A stretch of DNA of 64,000 nt, taken from positions 160,001 to 224,000 of the forward strand of contig JAXGYC010000008.1 of the NCBI GenBank assembly GCA_040772485.1. The letters run 5' to 3'. How positions within the stretch are numbered: the first letter of the stretch is position 1; each line of letters starts with the position of its first letter. Below are positions 1 to 8,371 of the stretch, one piece after another. Origin of the DNA: Sedimentisphaerales bacterium. GTDB lineage: Bacteria; Planctomycetota; Phycisphaerae; Sedimentisphaerales; Anaerobacaceae. The notes beneath the pieces were generated by a model. That model was not told where the DNA came from. It ran no database searches and was given only the letters and a program-made list of their open reading frames with translations. A program made the position numbers and the translations under genes.

Positions 1-577
1 CGTCGCCCGTGAAATCATTCATGAACTCCGATACGAAAACCGTCAGCGTGCCGGAGCCGTCCTTGGTCAAACCGCCGGTCCCGGTGATCGGGCCGTAGAT
101 GTACGTATCGCTGTCGCCGCCGACCTCCAGGTCGCCATTGAGGGTGACCGTCTCGATGTAGTCCGGCCCGGCGCCGGCCAACGCGATCGGGCCCGAATTG
201 GCAAGCACGGACAGCCCGCCGACCGGAGCGGTCAGGTCCGTCGCCAAGTCCAGCAACGTCCCCGCCGTCGAATCGTTCACGATCGAGCCGGCGGTCAGGG
301 TGTACTCGCCGAGGATCAGCCATCGACTGCCTGACGCATCCTCGGTGAGTTCCAGTCCGGCAATTGTGGCATCGCCGTCGAAATGCACCAGGTATGCCAG
401 CGGCCCGAACTGCGCCGTGTCGGCGGCGCCGGGCACTCCCGCGCTCCAGTAATCCGGGTTGCTCCATTGGTCTTCGCCCGCCCCGTTTCCGGACCAGACC
501 GTGATGGCGGCGTTTGCGCTCATCACACTCCCCAACACCACGCTCGCTACCACCAGCATCACTCGCTTCTTGGTCAT
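1..577 (-). CDS. Secreted autotransporter-associated beta-strand repeat (PATR) protein, 5' part; runs off the window edge
   Basis: Not in the ORF track. Manual translation from the ATG at 577 gives MTKKRVMLVVASVVLGSVMSANAAITVWSGNG...WSNPDYWSAGVPG...GPITGTGGLTKDGSGTLTV...NDFTGD: a signal peptide plus a PATR motif, open to position 1. Confidence 0.85.
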   Translation of the reverse strand, partial: MTKKRVMLVVASVVLGSVMSANAAITVWSGNGAGEDQWSNPDYWSAGVPGAADTAQFGPLAYLVHFDGDATIAGLELTEDASGSRWLILGEYTLTAGSIVNDSTAGTLLDLATDLTAPVGGLSVLANSGPIALAGAGPDYIETVTLNGDLEVGGDSDTYIYGPITGTGGLTKDGSGTLTVFVSEFMNDFTGD

Positions 578-902
578 TTCATGTGCTCCACAGTAAACAG
601 ACAGTCGTTCGTTCTTGCCGATGTTACAACCGGCGGGGAAGCAATTCCGCGCCTACGGTACATGCCCTTTCGGCAGCCATGCGACAGATTCTTGAGAAAA
701 GGGAGAGGCAATTCTCCAACCATACAGCACGTGACATGATCGACGAGGAGCAGAATCATCCGGGTCGCCACAGCCGAGCGAACGTAGCAATACTGATAAT
801 CGGGCCTGATTGTCGTTATCGGTCTTGCGCCCGCTGCAATATCTTTGGTTTGTAATGGTGAGACGGAGTCCGGTGACACTGGCCTGCGCAACACCGAGCT
901 TC

Positions 903-1000
903 CAGGCTGTGTCACAATTGGCATTTTGGCTATTTCAGCTCTCAATTCTGGGCCAAGAACGCGGGAATTGATGGCGCTTTTCGAATTGTGACACAGCCTG
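903..1000. mobile_element. 98-bp MITE-like element with perfect 17-bp terminal inverted repeats
   Basis: CAGGCTGTGTCACAATT (903-919) and AATTGTGACACAGCCTG (984-1000). TTC flanks both sides (900-902, 1001-1003). Interior is AT-richer. Confidence 0.6.
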
Positions 1001-1028
1001 TTCGCAGCACGCAGGAGACTCGACGCCA

Positions 1029-2363
1029 TCACGACGCGGAGACATTGTGACAAGCGCGGCGAACCCAGAAGAAACCGAAGAAACCAGCCAGGAGATCCGT
1101 GAGCAAACGCCCGACGAAGACGCCGTGCACGTCTGCCAGACGGGCGCCGAGCCAGGACAGGGGAATCAGCAGGACCAGCACACGGATGCCGTTGAGCAGG
1201 GCCGAGGAAAGGGGCTTGTGCAGTCCCGTAAGAATGATGCCGGAATACCGGTGGACCTCCATCATGCCGTAACCGAACGACACGATGCGGACATACGCAA
1301 CCAGGGTGGCCACCACCTCGGCGTCCCGACTGAAGATCGAGGCCAGCCACGGCGCGCCAACGAAGAACACCAGCGCCACGCCGCCGCCGTAGATCATGGC
1401 GAACCGCGTGGACAAGGACAGGGCCCGGCGGATGCGGTCCGGCCGCTCGGCGCCGAGATTCTGGCTGACGAACGGAGCGAGGGACATGCCAAGCGCCATG
1501 GGGATGACGAACGCGAACATCTCGATCCGCTGGGCGGCGCCGATGGCCGCTACGGCGGCATTGCCGAAACCGCTGAGAATCCGAGTGACCACCGTCGCGG
1601 AAACCGGCATGAGGATCATGCTCAGAATGCTCGGGACGCCCAGACGCAGAATGCTCCGAACGGACGTGCAGTACGCCGGGAGACCCCAGCTTTGCAGCAA
1701 CAGCAGGCGGTGTTTTGCGTAGAGCAGGCGGAACAGCCACATGGTGGACACGCCCTGTGCGATCACGGTCGCCAGCGCCGCGCCGCGGATGCCCATGGCG
1801 GGGAAACCGAGGTATCCGAACATCATGATCGGGTCCAGGACGACGTTCAGAATCGGGCCGGCCATCATGAAACGGCCGGCCGCGACGGAATCGCCCGCCG
1901 AGATCAACAGCCCGTTGCCCAGCATGGGCAAGGCCATGAGCGGGGCTCCCAGGTACCAGATGCCCATGTACTGGCGTACCAGAGGCAGAGCGGTCGAGTC
2001 CGCTCCCAGAGCCCTGAATACAGGATTCATGCTCAGATAACCGATGACGGCCATTCCGGCGGCAACGCCGAGCGTCAATGCCAGACCATGCGTGGTGATT
2101 CTCGCAGCATCAGGCCCGTCATGCCGGCCGACCGCGTGCGACATCAAGGTCGTGACGCCCACGCCGAGACCGCCGGCCACGCAGGTCAGGAGCATGACGA
2201 CGGGAAACGTGAATCCCATGGCCGCCAGCGACAGCGTCCCCAGTCGCGAGACGAACCATGTGTCCGTGAGGTTGTACGCGTTCATGGCGAACGTGCCGGC
2301 CAGCATGGGAAAGGCCATGCCGAACAGAGTCCGCTTGACGCTCCTTTGAACCAGAACACTCAT
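1029..2363 (-). CDS. MATE family efflux transporter
   Basis: AFPMLAG...YNLTDTWFVSRLG, NVVLDPIMMFG, GIRGAALAT motifs and many hydrophobic segments. Start is 2363 or 2387. Confidence 0.93.
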   Translation of the reverse strand: MSVLVQRSVKRTLFGMAFPMLAGTFAMNAYNLTDTWFVSRLGTLSLAAMGFTFPVVMLLTCVAGGLGVGVTTLMSHAVGRHDGPDAARITTHGLALTLGVAAGMAVIGYLSMNPVFRALGADSTALPLVRQYMGIWYLGAPLMALPMLGNGLLISAGDSVAAGRFMMAGPILNVVLDPIMMFGYLGFPAMGIRGAALATVIAQGVSTMWLFRLLYAKHRLLLLQSWGLPAYCTSVRSILRLGVPSILSMILMPVSATVVTRILSGFGNAAVAAIGAAQRIEMFAFVIPMALGMSLAPFVSQNLGAERPDRIRRALSLSTRFAMIYGGGVALVFFVGAPWLASIFSRDAEVVATLVAYVRIVSFGYGMMEVHRYSGIILTGLHKPLSSALLNGIRVLVLLIPLSWLGARLADVHGVFVGRLLTDLLAGFFGFFWVRRACHNVSAS

Positions 2364-2416
2364 GTGTTGCGTACCGTCGGGTGACATTGCCTGGCGCCGG
2401 GCTCCGACGCGGGCCA

Positions 2417-2501
2417 CGGGTGGCAGCCTCAAACACCTTGGCGTTTGGGGATGGTCTCCATGAGCAAGCCATCCCCAGGCGGCGCTTGAGGCGACCACCC
2501 G
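2417..2501. repeat. REP-like long imperfect hairpin between guaA-B and the MATE gene
   Basis: Nested complementary blocks CGGGTGG/CCACCCG, CCTCAA/TTGAGG and GGGGATGG/CCATCCCC. Confidence 0.6.
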
Positions 2502-2504
2502 CCG

Positions 2505-3467
2505 TTAGACGGCCTCGATCGTAGAGGGAGGCTTCGAGGCGATGTTGTAGGTCACGCTGACCACTCCAGGGGTGTCGCGAAGGATCTGGTCGGCGAGATT
2601 CTGGAGGACATCGAACGACAACCGCGTCGGAGTGGCGGTCCGGGCGTCGACGCTGTCCCAGCAGCGCACTTCGATCTGACAGCCGAAATCGCGTTTCCCG
2701 TCACGCATTCCCGTCACGCGGTCCTCGTGCAGAATCGCCATGTACTGGAACGCGCCGGTGCCCTTGAGCAGCCGCTCCACGACGGCATTCGCGGCGCGCA
2801 CCATCGCAATGCGCTGCGGCGTCGCCTCGCCGATCACGCGCGCCGCCAGCGCCGGCCCGGGGAACGGGATGCGATCGAACAGCGCGCTCGGAAGCCCCAA
2901 CGCCTTGCCCACCTTCCGAACGCCGTCCTTGCGAAGCTGGATCAGCGGTTCGAGGATGCGATAGCCGAAGGCCTCCTGCGGATCGATCCCGAGCTGTTCG
3001 AAGACGTTGTGCTGCCGCTTGATCCCCGCGACCGTTTCGTCGACGTCCGTCAGGATCGTGCCCTGCAACAGGCACTTGGCGCCGCTGGTCTTGACCAGCC
3101 GGCCGAAGACGTGGCGATAGAACGTCTGGGTGATCGCTTCGCGTTTTTCCTCCGGGTCCGTAAGCCCTTGGAGCGCCGAGAAGAACTCGTCCCGCGCGTC
3201 GACCACTTCCACCGGCACGCCCAGATCGTGGAAGAACTGGACGACCTGCTCGGGTTCTCCCTGCCGCATCAGGCCATTCTCGACGAAGACGGTGCTCAGG
3301 CGGTCGCCAAGGGCCCGATGCCCGAGCATGGTGACCGCAGACGAATCGACGCCTCCCGATAGCGCATTGATCGCGGTGCCACTTCCGACAGCCTTCTGGA
3401 TCTCTGCGACTTGGTCGGCGATGAACTCTTCGGTGTTGAGTTTCTGCGCGGGGATCTCCGTAATCAC
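2505..3467 (-). CDS. guaA: GMP synthase subunit B-like (stand-alone ATP pyrophosphatase domain, no GATase domain)
   Basis: SGGVDS PP-loop, DPEEKR, HNV, EPL..LRKDGVR, PFPGPALAARVIG and C-terminal KPPSTIE. GTG start at 3467 after an AAGGAG RBS. Confidence 0.85.
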   Translation of the reverse strand: MITEIPAQKLNTEEFIADQVAEIQKAVGSGTAINALSGGVDSSAVTMLGHRALGDRLSTVFVENGLMRQGEPEQVVQFFHDLGVPVEVVDARDEFFSALQGLTDPEEKREAITQTFYRHVFGRLVKTSGAKCLLQGTILTDVDETVAGIKRQHNVFEQLGIDPQEAFGYRILEPLIQLRKDGVRKVGKALGLPSALFDRIPFPGPALAARVIGEATPQRIAMVRAANAVVERLLKGTGAFQYMAILHEDRVTGMRDGKRDFGCQIEVRCWDSVDARTATPTRLSFDVLQNLADQILRDTPGVVSVTYNIASKPPSTIEAV

Positions 3468-3501
3468 GGGCCAATCTCCTTCTCTTCTTATGGTTTCAGT
3501 C

Positions 3502-3613
3502 GCAGGGTGTGCACCGCACACCTTCTACATGGCTGAGATTGTAGACGGTCGCCCCGACGCTGTCCACGAGGCAGAGGGAATCGGTTCCGGCGCGCCGGGA
3601 TTGCACACCCTGC
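3502..3613. repeat. Pair of inverted REP-like units (REPIN-like)
   Basis: GCAGGGTGTGCA at 3502, with internal hairpin GGTGTGC-ACC-GCACACC, and the inverted TGCACACCCTGC at 3602-3613. Confidence 0.5.
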
Positions 3614-3662
3614 AAGGTCCCCCATGGACGCCTCTCCCTTGATTCTGGTCGACGACACGGAC

Positions 3663-5033
3663 TCAGATCTCCGTCCATCGTCCGGGCACGGGCACAGGGT
3701 AGCGTCCCTGGTCATTCGCCTGGATTGGTGGAACGCTGTCATCGGTCAGAGAGTCGATATTCGGACAGAATCGGAAGTCCGAGGCCATGGCCTGATCCCA
3801 GGTGACGACCTTGCCACAGTGAGCCGCTGCCCGGCCCATGATGTCCGCGAGATTTGACAGAGCGGCCCGCCGAGCTTCGTTGTGCGGACGGTCCTGCCGG
3901 ATCGCGTCCAGCAGCACATCCCATTCCGCCTGCCAGGGGGTAATCGTCTCCCGCGGGGCGCGCCACGCGATGTTGTCGTTGGCGCATCGCTGGTCCTTGT
4001 AGGTGTGGACGGTGCCCTCGTGGACGTTGCCGGAGAACTGTGCGGCACACCTGGTCCCGTGGAGATAGGTGGCGAATTCGGTATGGCAGTCTGCCAGCCA
4101 GCGGACCACATCGTACGCCTTGGTCCCATCGGGGAACGTCCACTCGATCGTGAAGGCGTCCAGATTCTGGCCGCGATCGACGCTGTCGGCGGCCCGTCCG
4201 CATATGCCGTGCGCGGACACCGGCCAGGCGTCCTTGAGCCAGCAGATCTCATCGATCTGATGGATGTTCATCTCGGCAAACAGCCCGCCCGAGACCCAGA
4301 GGAAGTGGGTGAAGTTGCGAATTTGCCAGTGCAGATCCTTCACGTCCGCCGGTCGGGGGCCCAGGGGACCGCACGGCTGCATCCGATACGCGCGGATGAG
4401 TTGGATCTGGCCCAGTTGCCCGTCGCGAATGCGTTGGATCAATTCCTGGCGATTTCGCGAATGGCGGCACTGCAATCCGGCGGCGATCTTGAGGTTCTTC
4501 TTCTCGGCGGCCTGGCCCGCCTGGATCACCCTTCGCACCGCCGGCGGATCGGTCGCGAAAGATTTCTCCATGAACACATGAATCCCCTTCTCGACCGCAT
4601 ACTCCAGTTGCTGGGGCCGAAAGCCGGCGTAGCCGGTGAGCATCGCCACGTCGCCGGGACGAAGGTAGTCGATGGCCTTCCGCCAGGCATCGAACCCGGC
4701 GAAGCGTCTGTCCGGCGGCACGTTGACCCGCGCGCCGTACTGCCCGCTCAGGACCTTGTGGGCATTGGTCAGGCGGTTCTCGAAGAAGTCCGCCATAGCG
4801 ACCAGTTCGACCGGGCCGTTCGGCGAGTCAAAGGCGTTGGCCGCCGCCCCACAGCCGCGGCCGCCGCAACCGATCAGGGCCAGTCGAATCGTGTTGTTCT
4901 CGGCCGCATACATCGCAGGGAGGGCAAAGCTCCCCAACGTGGATGCCGCAACCATCTTCCCGCTCCACGTCAAGACATCCCGACGCGAGGATTTCCGCTG
5001 CGTTGACTTCGAGGTGTGAGAGTCCTGTTTCAT
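3663..5033 (-). CDS. Tat-exported Gfo/Idh/MocA family oxidoreductase
   Basis: SRRDVL twin-arginine signal, LIGCGGRG Rossmann motif, VFMEKS, MNIHQID. Confidence 0.92.
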   Translation of the reverse strand: MKQDSHTSKSTQRKSSRRDVLTWSGKMVAASTLGSFALPAMYAAENNTIRLALIGCGGRGCGAAANAFDSPNGPVELVAMADFFENRLTNAHKVLSGQYGARVNVPPDRRFAGFDAWRKAIDYLRPGDVAMLTGYAGFRPQQLEYAVEKGIHVFMEKSFATDPPAVRRVIQAGQAAEKKNLKIAAGLQCRHSRNRQELIQRIRDGQLGQIQLIRAYRMQPCGPLGPRPADVKDLHWQIRNFTHFLWVSGGLFAEMNIHQIDEICWLKDAWPVSAHGICGRAADSVDRGQNLDAFTIEWTFPDGTKAYDVVRWLADCHTEFATYLHGTRCAAQFSGNVHEGTVHTYKDQRCANDNIAWRAPRETITPWQAEWDVLLDAIRQDRPHNEARRAALSNLADIMGRAAAHCGKVVTWDQAMASDFRFCPNIDSLTDDSVPPIQANDQGRYPVPVPGRWTEI

Positions 5034-5252
5034 GGTGAGTTCTCCATTCTGTATGGCGCCGGGGCTCCTGAGTCTGACCGGAACCGTATGATCATCTTTT
5101 TCGAGAGCGGCTGCAAGCGATTATTCCGGCTCGATAGAGGATGCTCACCTTCGTCCGGCGTTGTCTCGGACGACGCAGGGATTGCCGTCAGGGATGGAAA
5201 CTCGTATCCTGTCCGCAGCGTAGCAAGTGTGCGGCGATTGGAAGGACCGGCT

Positions 5253-5816
5253 ATGTTGAGAATTCTTCTGCCCATGGCGGCACTGGCCGTCACGATCTGT
5301 GGCTGCAAGAGACAAGACAGACCCGCGGAGGTTCGAGAGGAAAGGAGCCAGCACATGACCATCTCCGTCAGCAGTTCCGCGTTCCAGGAAGGCGGCATGA
5401 TCCCGGCGAAGTACACCTGCGACGGCGACGACCTGTCGCCGCCGCTCCGGTGGGCGGATGTGCCGGAGGGCGCCAGAAGCATCGCCCTGATCTGCGACGA
5501 TCCGGACGCCCCGATGGGAACGTGGGTCCACTGGATCATGTGGAACATTCCCCCGTCCGTGGGCGATCTGGCAGAAGGTGTACCTCCCAAGGGCGAACTG
5601 CCCGATGGTTCCCGTCAGGGCATTTCGGATTTCGGACGGCCAGGGTACGGCGGGCCGTGCCCCCCGAGCGGCACACACCGGTACTACTTCACGATCTACG
5701 CCCTGGACGCCATGCTGGATCTGCCCGGCAGCACGAGGAAGGCGGATCTGGTCAGAGCCATGAAGGGACACATCCTCGCCGAGGGCCAGTTGATGGGCAG
5801 GTACCGCAGACAATAG
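5253..5816 (+). CDS. YbhB/YbcL (PEBP/Raf kinase inhibitor-like) protein, probable lipoprotein
   Basis: DPDAP..TWVHW and GYGGPCPP.GTHRY motifs. N-terminal hydrophobic stretch ends in ICGC. Alternative start 5355. Confidence 0.92.
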   Translation: MLRILLPMAALAVTICGCKRQDRPAEVREERSQHMTISVSSSAFQEGGMIPAKYTCDGDDLSPPLRWADVPEGARSIALICDDPDAPMGTWVHWIMWNIPPSVGDLAEGVPPKGELPDGSRQGISDFGRPGYGGPCPPSGTHRYYFTIYALDAMLDLPGSTRKADLVRAMKGHILAEGQLMGRYRRQ

Positions 5817-5856
5817 GAGATCCCCGGCTCGTTCCCGGATTCAATGTGGCGGCTTT

Positions 5857-6126
5857 TCACAGCCGGGCCGGCGAAGAGGATCGCCCGTTCTGGATCATCT
5901 GCATGGCTAAGGCGTCGATCCGCCTGGCCAGGAGCAGTCGCTGTCTCATCGAACTGGCGCAGGAGATCAGAACCACGCCGAGGCCGACCACAAACAACTG
6001 CATTGCCCAGGTGTAGGCGTCGGTCCAGACAGGCAGGCGAACGACCCGGCTGGTCAGCGGCGCAACGACTAACGCTCCGCCAAAGACGTATTCGAGAATC
6101 CAGATTACCCTTCGGTCATTGAGCAT
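5857..6126 (-). CDS. Small hypothetical membrane protein (two hydrophobic segments)
   Basis: Fills the gap between two plus-strand genes and has two apparent TM helices. No recognised family. Confidence 0.5.
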   Translation of the reverse strand: MLNDRRVIWILEYVFGGALVVAPLTSRVVRLPVWTDAYTWAMQLFVVGLGVVLISCASSMRQRLLLARRIDALAMQMIQNGRSSSPARL

Positions 6127-6217
6127 AGCGGCCTCCTGTAGTCTAACCACCTGCCAGTCTACCATCTGCTGGCTCAACCTCAAGCAAAGCAAAGAAACCG
6201 GTCAGCGGCCTACGCTC

Positions 6218-6246
6218 TTGCGGGGAGGCGGCACCAGCCATACAAT
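6218..6246 (+). promoter_or_regulatory. sigma70-like promoter for the ATP-grasp gene
   Basis: TTGCGG-17nt-TACAAT. Confidence 0.5.
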
Positions 6247-6328
6247 GACCCCGCCGAAGACGGTTCCACACTGTGTCGCCCACGGAGCAACAGTGTGCAT
6301 CCAACCCCGTGGGCATGAGGACGATGCG

Positions 6329-7393
6329 ATGCCAAGTCGGTCGAAACGATCGCGGAAGCACCTCCACGTCGCACTGGTGTACAACGCCGCGGCGGGGATC
6401 GTACCCGACACGCCGGAGGATCGAGGCAGCACAGGTGACCTGCGACACATGATCCACGACATGGCCCGCGTCCTGAGGTCATTGCACCATCGAGTCACTA
6501 TCCTTCCGTTGGCCCACGATCTTTTCGCGTTTCAACGAAGATTGCGCCGTTTGAACCCCGACGTTGTGTTCAATCAATACGACGATGTGGTGCACGGCGC
6601 CCTCTACGAAATGCGCTTTGCCGCCATGGTGCGGATGATGGGCTATCCTCTCACCGGGTCACCCGCATTGGCCCTGGGGCTGAGCCGCTACAAGCACATG
6701 GCCGCCAGTCTCCTCCACGGAACCGGGATTCCGATCCCGCCCTATACGAAGCTGCTGGAAAGAGTCGGCGACGTGGATCGGCGCAAATGGAAGTTCCCCC
6801 TCATCGTACAGCCCAGCCAGGAACATGCGGGAATCGGCCTCGATCGGGATTCCATCGTATACACGAAAAAGGCCCTTCGCCGGCAGGTCCGCCAGATCCT
6901 GCAGGTGTACAGCCAGCCGGCGCTGGTCCAGCAGTTTCTGCCGGGCCGTGAGTTCAACGTGGGGATCGTCGGAGGCAAACGCCCGCGCGTGATGCCCCTG
7001 GCCGAGGTCGACTACGAAGAATTGCCCCCGGAGATCCCACCGATCATGTCTTATGCGGCCAAGTGGATCGAGACTTCGGTGGAGTACAAGAAGACCTCGA
7101 TCATCTGTCCGGCGGAGGTTGAGCCGAAGTTGGCCCGCCAGCTTGGCGACATCGCCATGCGCGCGTTTCGGGCGGTTGGCACCTGGGGTTACGGTCGAGT
7201 GGATATTCGACTCGATGAAGCCGGCCAGCCGAGAGTCCTGGAGGTCAACTGCAACGCCTCTCTCGAGGAGGGCATCGGCCTGGCGCGCTCGGCCGAAAGG
7301 GCGGGGATCCGCTATCCGCAGTTGATCCAGATGATCATTGACGCGGCGATGGAAGGCCCTCCCTACGACGTCAGCGTCCCCATGCAGCTTTAG
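6329..7393 (+). CDS. D-Ala-D-Ala ligase-like ATP-grasp protein
   Basis: PDVVFN, YPLTGS, QFLPGREFNVG, YGRVDIRLD, LEVNCN. Lacks the canonical Ddl GGxSxE N-terminus. Confidence 0.88.
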   Translation: MPSRSKRSRKHLHVALVYNAAAGIVPDTPEDRGSTGDLRHMIHDMARVLRSLHHRVTILPLAHDLFAFQRRLRRLNPDVVFNQYDDVVHGALYEMRFAAMVRMMGYPLTGSPALALGLSRYKHMAASLLHGTGIPIPPYTKLLERVGDVDRRKWKFPLIVQPSQEHAGIGLDRDSIVYTKKALRRQVRQILQVYSQPALVQQFLPGREFNVGIVGGKRPRVMPLAEVDYEELPPEIPPIMSYAAKWIETSVEYKKTSIICPAEVEPKLARQLGDIAMRAFRAVGTWGYGRVDIRLDEAGQPRVLEVNCNASLEEGIGLARSAERAGIRYPQLIQMIIDAAMEGPPYDVSVPMQL

Positions 7394-8160
7394 GCCGTCC
7401 TGCGGCGCTGCCTGGCCCGACGGCCATAGTGCTCGGCCAGGGACATGGTCAGCCGTGAGACCGGGTTGACGAGCCGTCCGCCTTTGCGCTTCGGCTGCCG
7501 ATCGCCCACTTGCCGCATCAGGCGGTCCACGTACATCAGCTTGTCCATGGCAGGCCAGCCACGATATCTGCGGCGCCAGCCGGAGCGAGGCGTCAGCCAG
7601 ACGGCAAACGTCTCGGCGAAATCGTCATCCGGATGCTTCTGAGCATAGGTATATCCATGAGGCCAACTGCAAAGGTGGCGAACGAATCGCCGGCTCCACG
7701 GATTCGGACGAAAAGCCTCACGATAGGGTTTGGAGAAGGCCCCGAAGGTGTTCTTCCACTCTGGTTCTTCCCACAGCCGGAACGCATAGTTCATCGCATG
7801 GCCCGCCTCGTGTCGAAGCAGTTGCATGATCATCCGCTTGTCTTCCAACTCCCCCGTCTGCTCGTGCTCAATACGCCCAAGCAGCGTGCAGGCCAGGTAG
7901 AAGGGTATCCCAACGGCCGGCACCCTGTCCGGGCAGCCCCAGCTATCGGTCAGGTAGAAGGCCGGCACGTAATCGATGCCCTTGGCCGACAGTTCTTGCT
8001 TCAGTTGCGCTACGAATGGCTCGACGGGCGAGCCCTTGATCCGCAGCCCAAGGTCGCAGATGCGTCGGCCAAGAAGTCTTCGGCAAAATGCTCCCCAGTT
8101 GCCTGACCGAACCGATACCCCGTGCACGCCGCGTTGTTTGCGACACCCTTCCGCCACCAT
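7390..8160 (-). CDS. Putative zinc-binding metallopeptidase (Peptidase_Mx-like zincin)
   Basis: LRHEAGHA zincin motif and YAQKHPDDDFAETFAVWL. Start uncertain. Confidence 0.82.
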   Translation of the reverse strand: MVAEGCRKQRGVHGVSVRSGNWGAFCRRLLGRRICDLGLRIKGSPVEPFVAQLKQELSAKGIDYVPAFYLTDSWGCPDRVPAVGIPFYLACTLLGRIEHEQTGELEDKRMIMQLLRHEAGHAMNYAFRLWEEPEWKNTFGAFSKPYREAFRPNPWSRRFVRHLCSWPHGYTYAQKHPDDDFAETFAVWLTPRSGWRRRYRGWPAMDKLMYVDRLMRQVGDRQPKRKGGRLVNPVSRLTMSLAEHYGRRARQRRRTA

Positions 8161-8371
8161 TAGTGCTTCCCCATTTCTATCACAGACCCTGGGCAGAAGC
8201 CCAAGGATAAAAGACCAGTGTATACCTGCAGACACAAACCAATTAGAGTCTTATATGGTACCGCGTCCAACAGGGGAGTTTCAAGTAAATCTGAGGCCTG
8301 CATGTAAGCTTTGTATTTTCAGAGCTTTACATATTCTGTCCACGTCAACTGGGCCGGACCTGTTGGGGTGG

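Noticed and set aside
3470..3660. Purine riboswitch upstream of guaA-B
   Set aside because: No purine-aptamer consensus recognised. The structure is better explained by inverted REP-like units.
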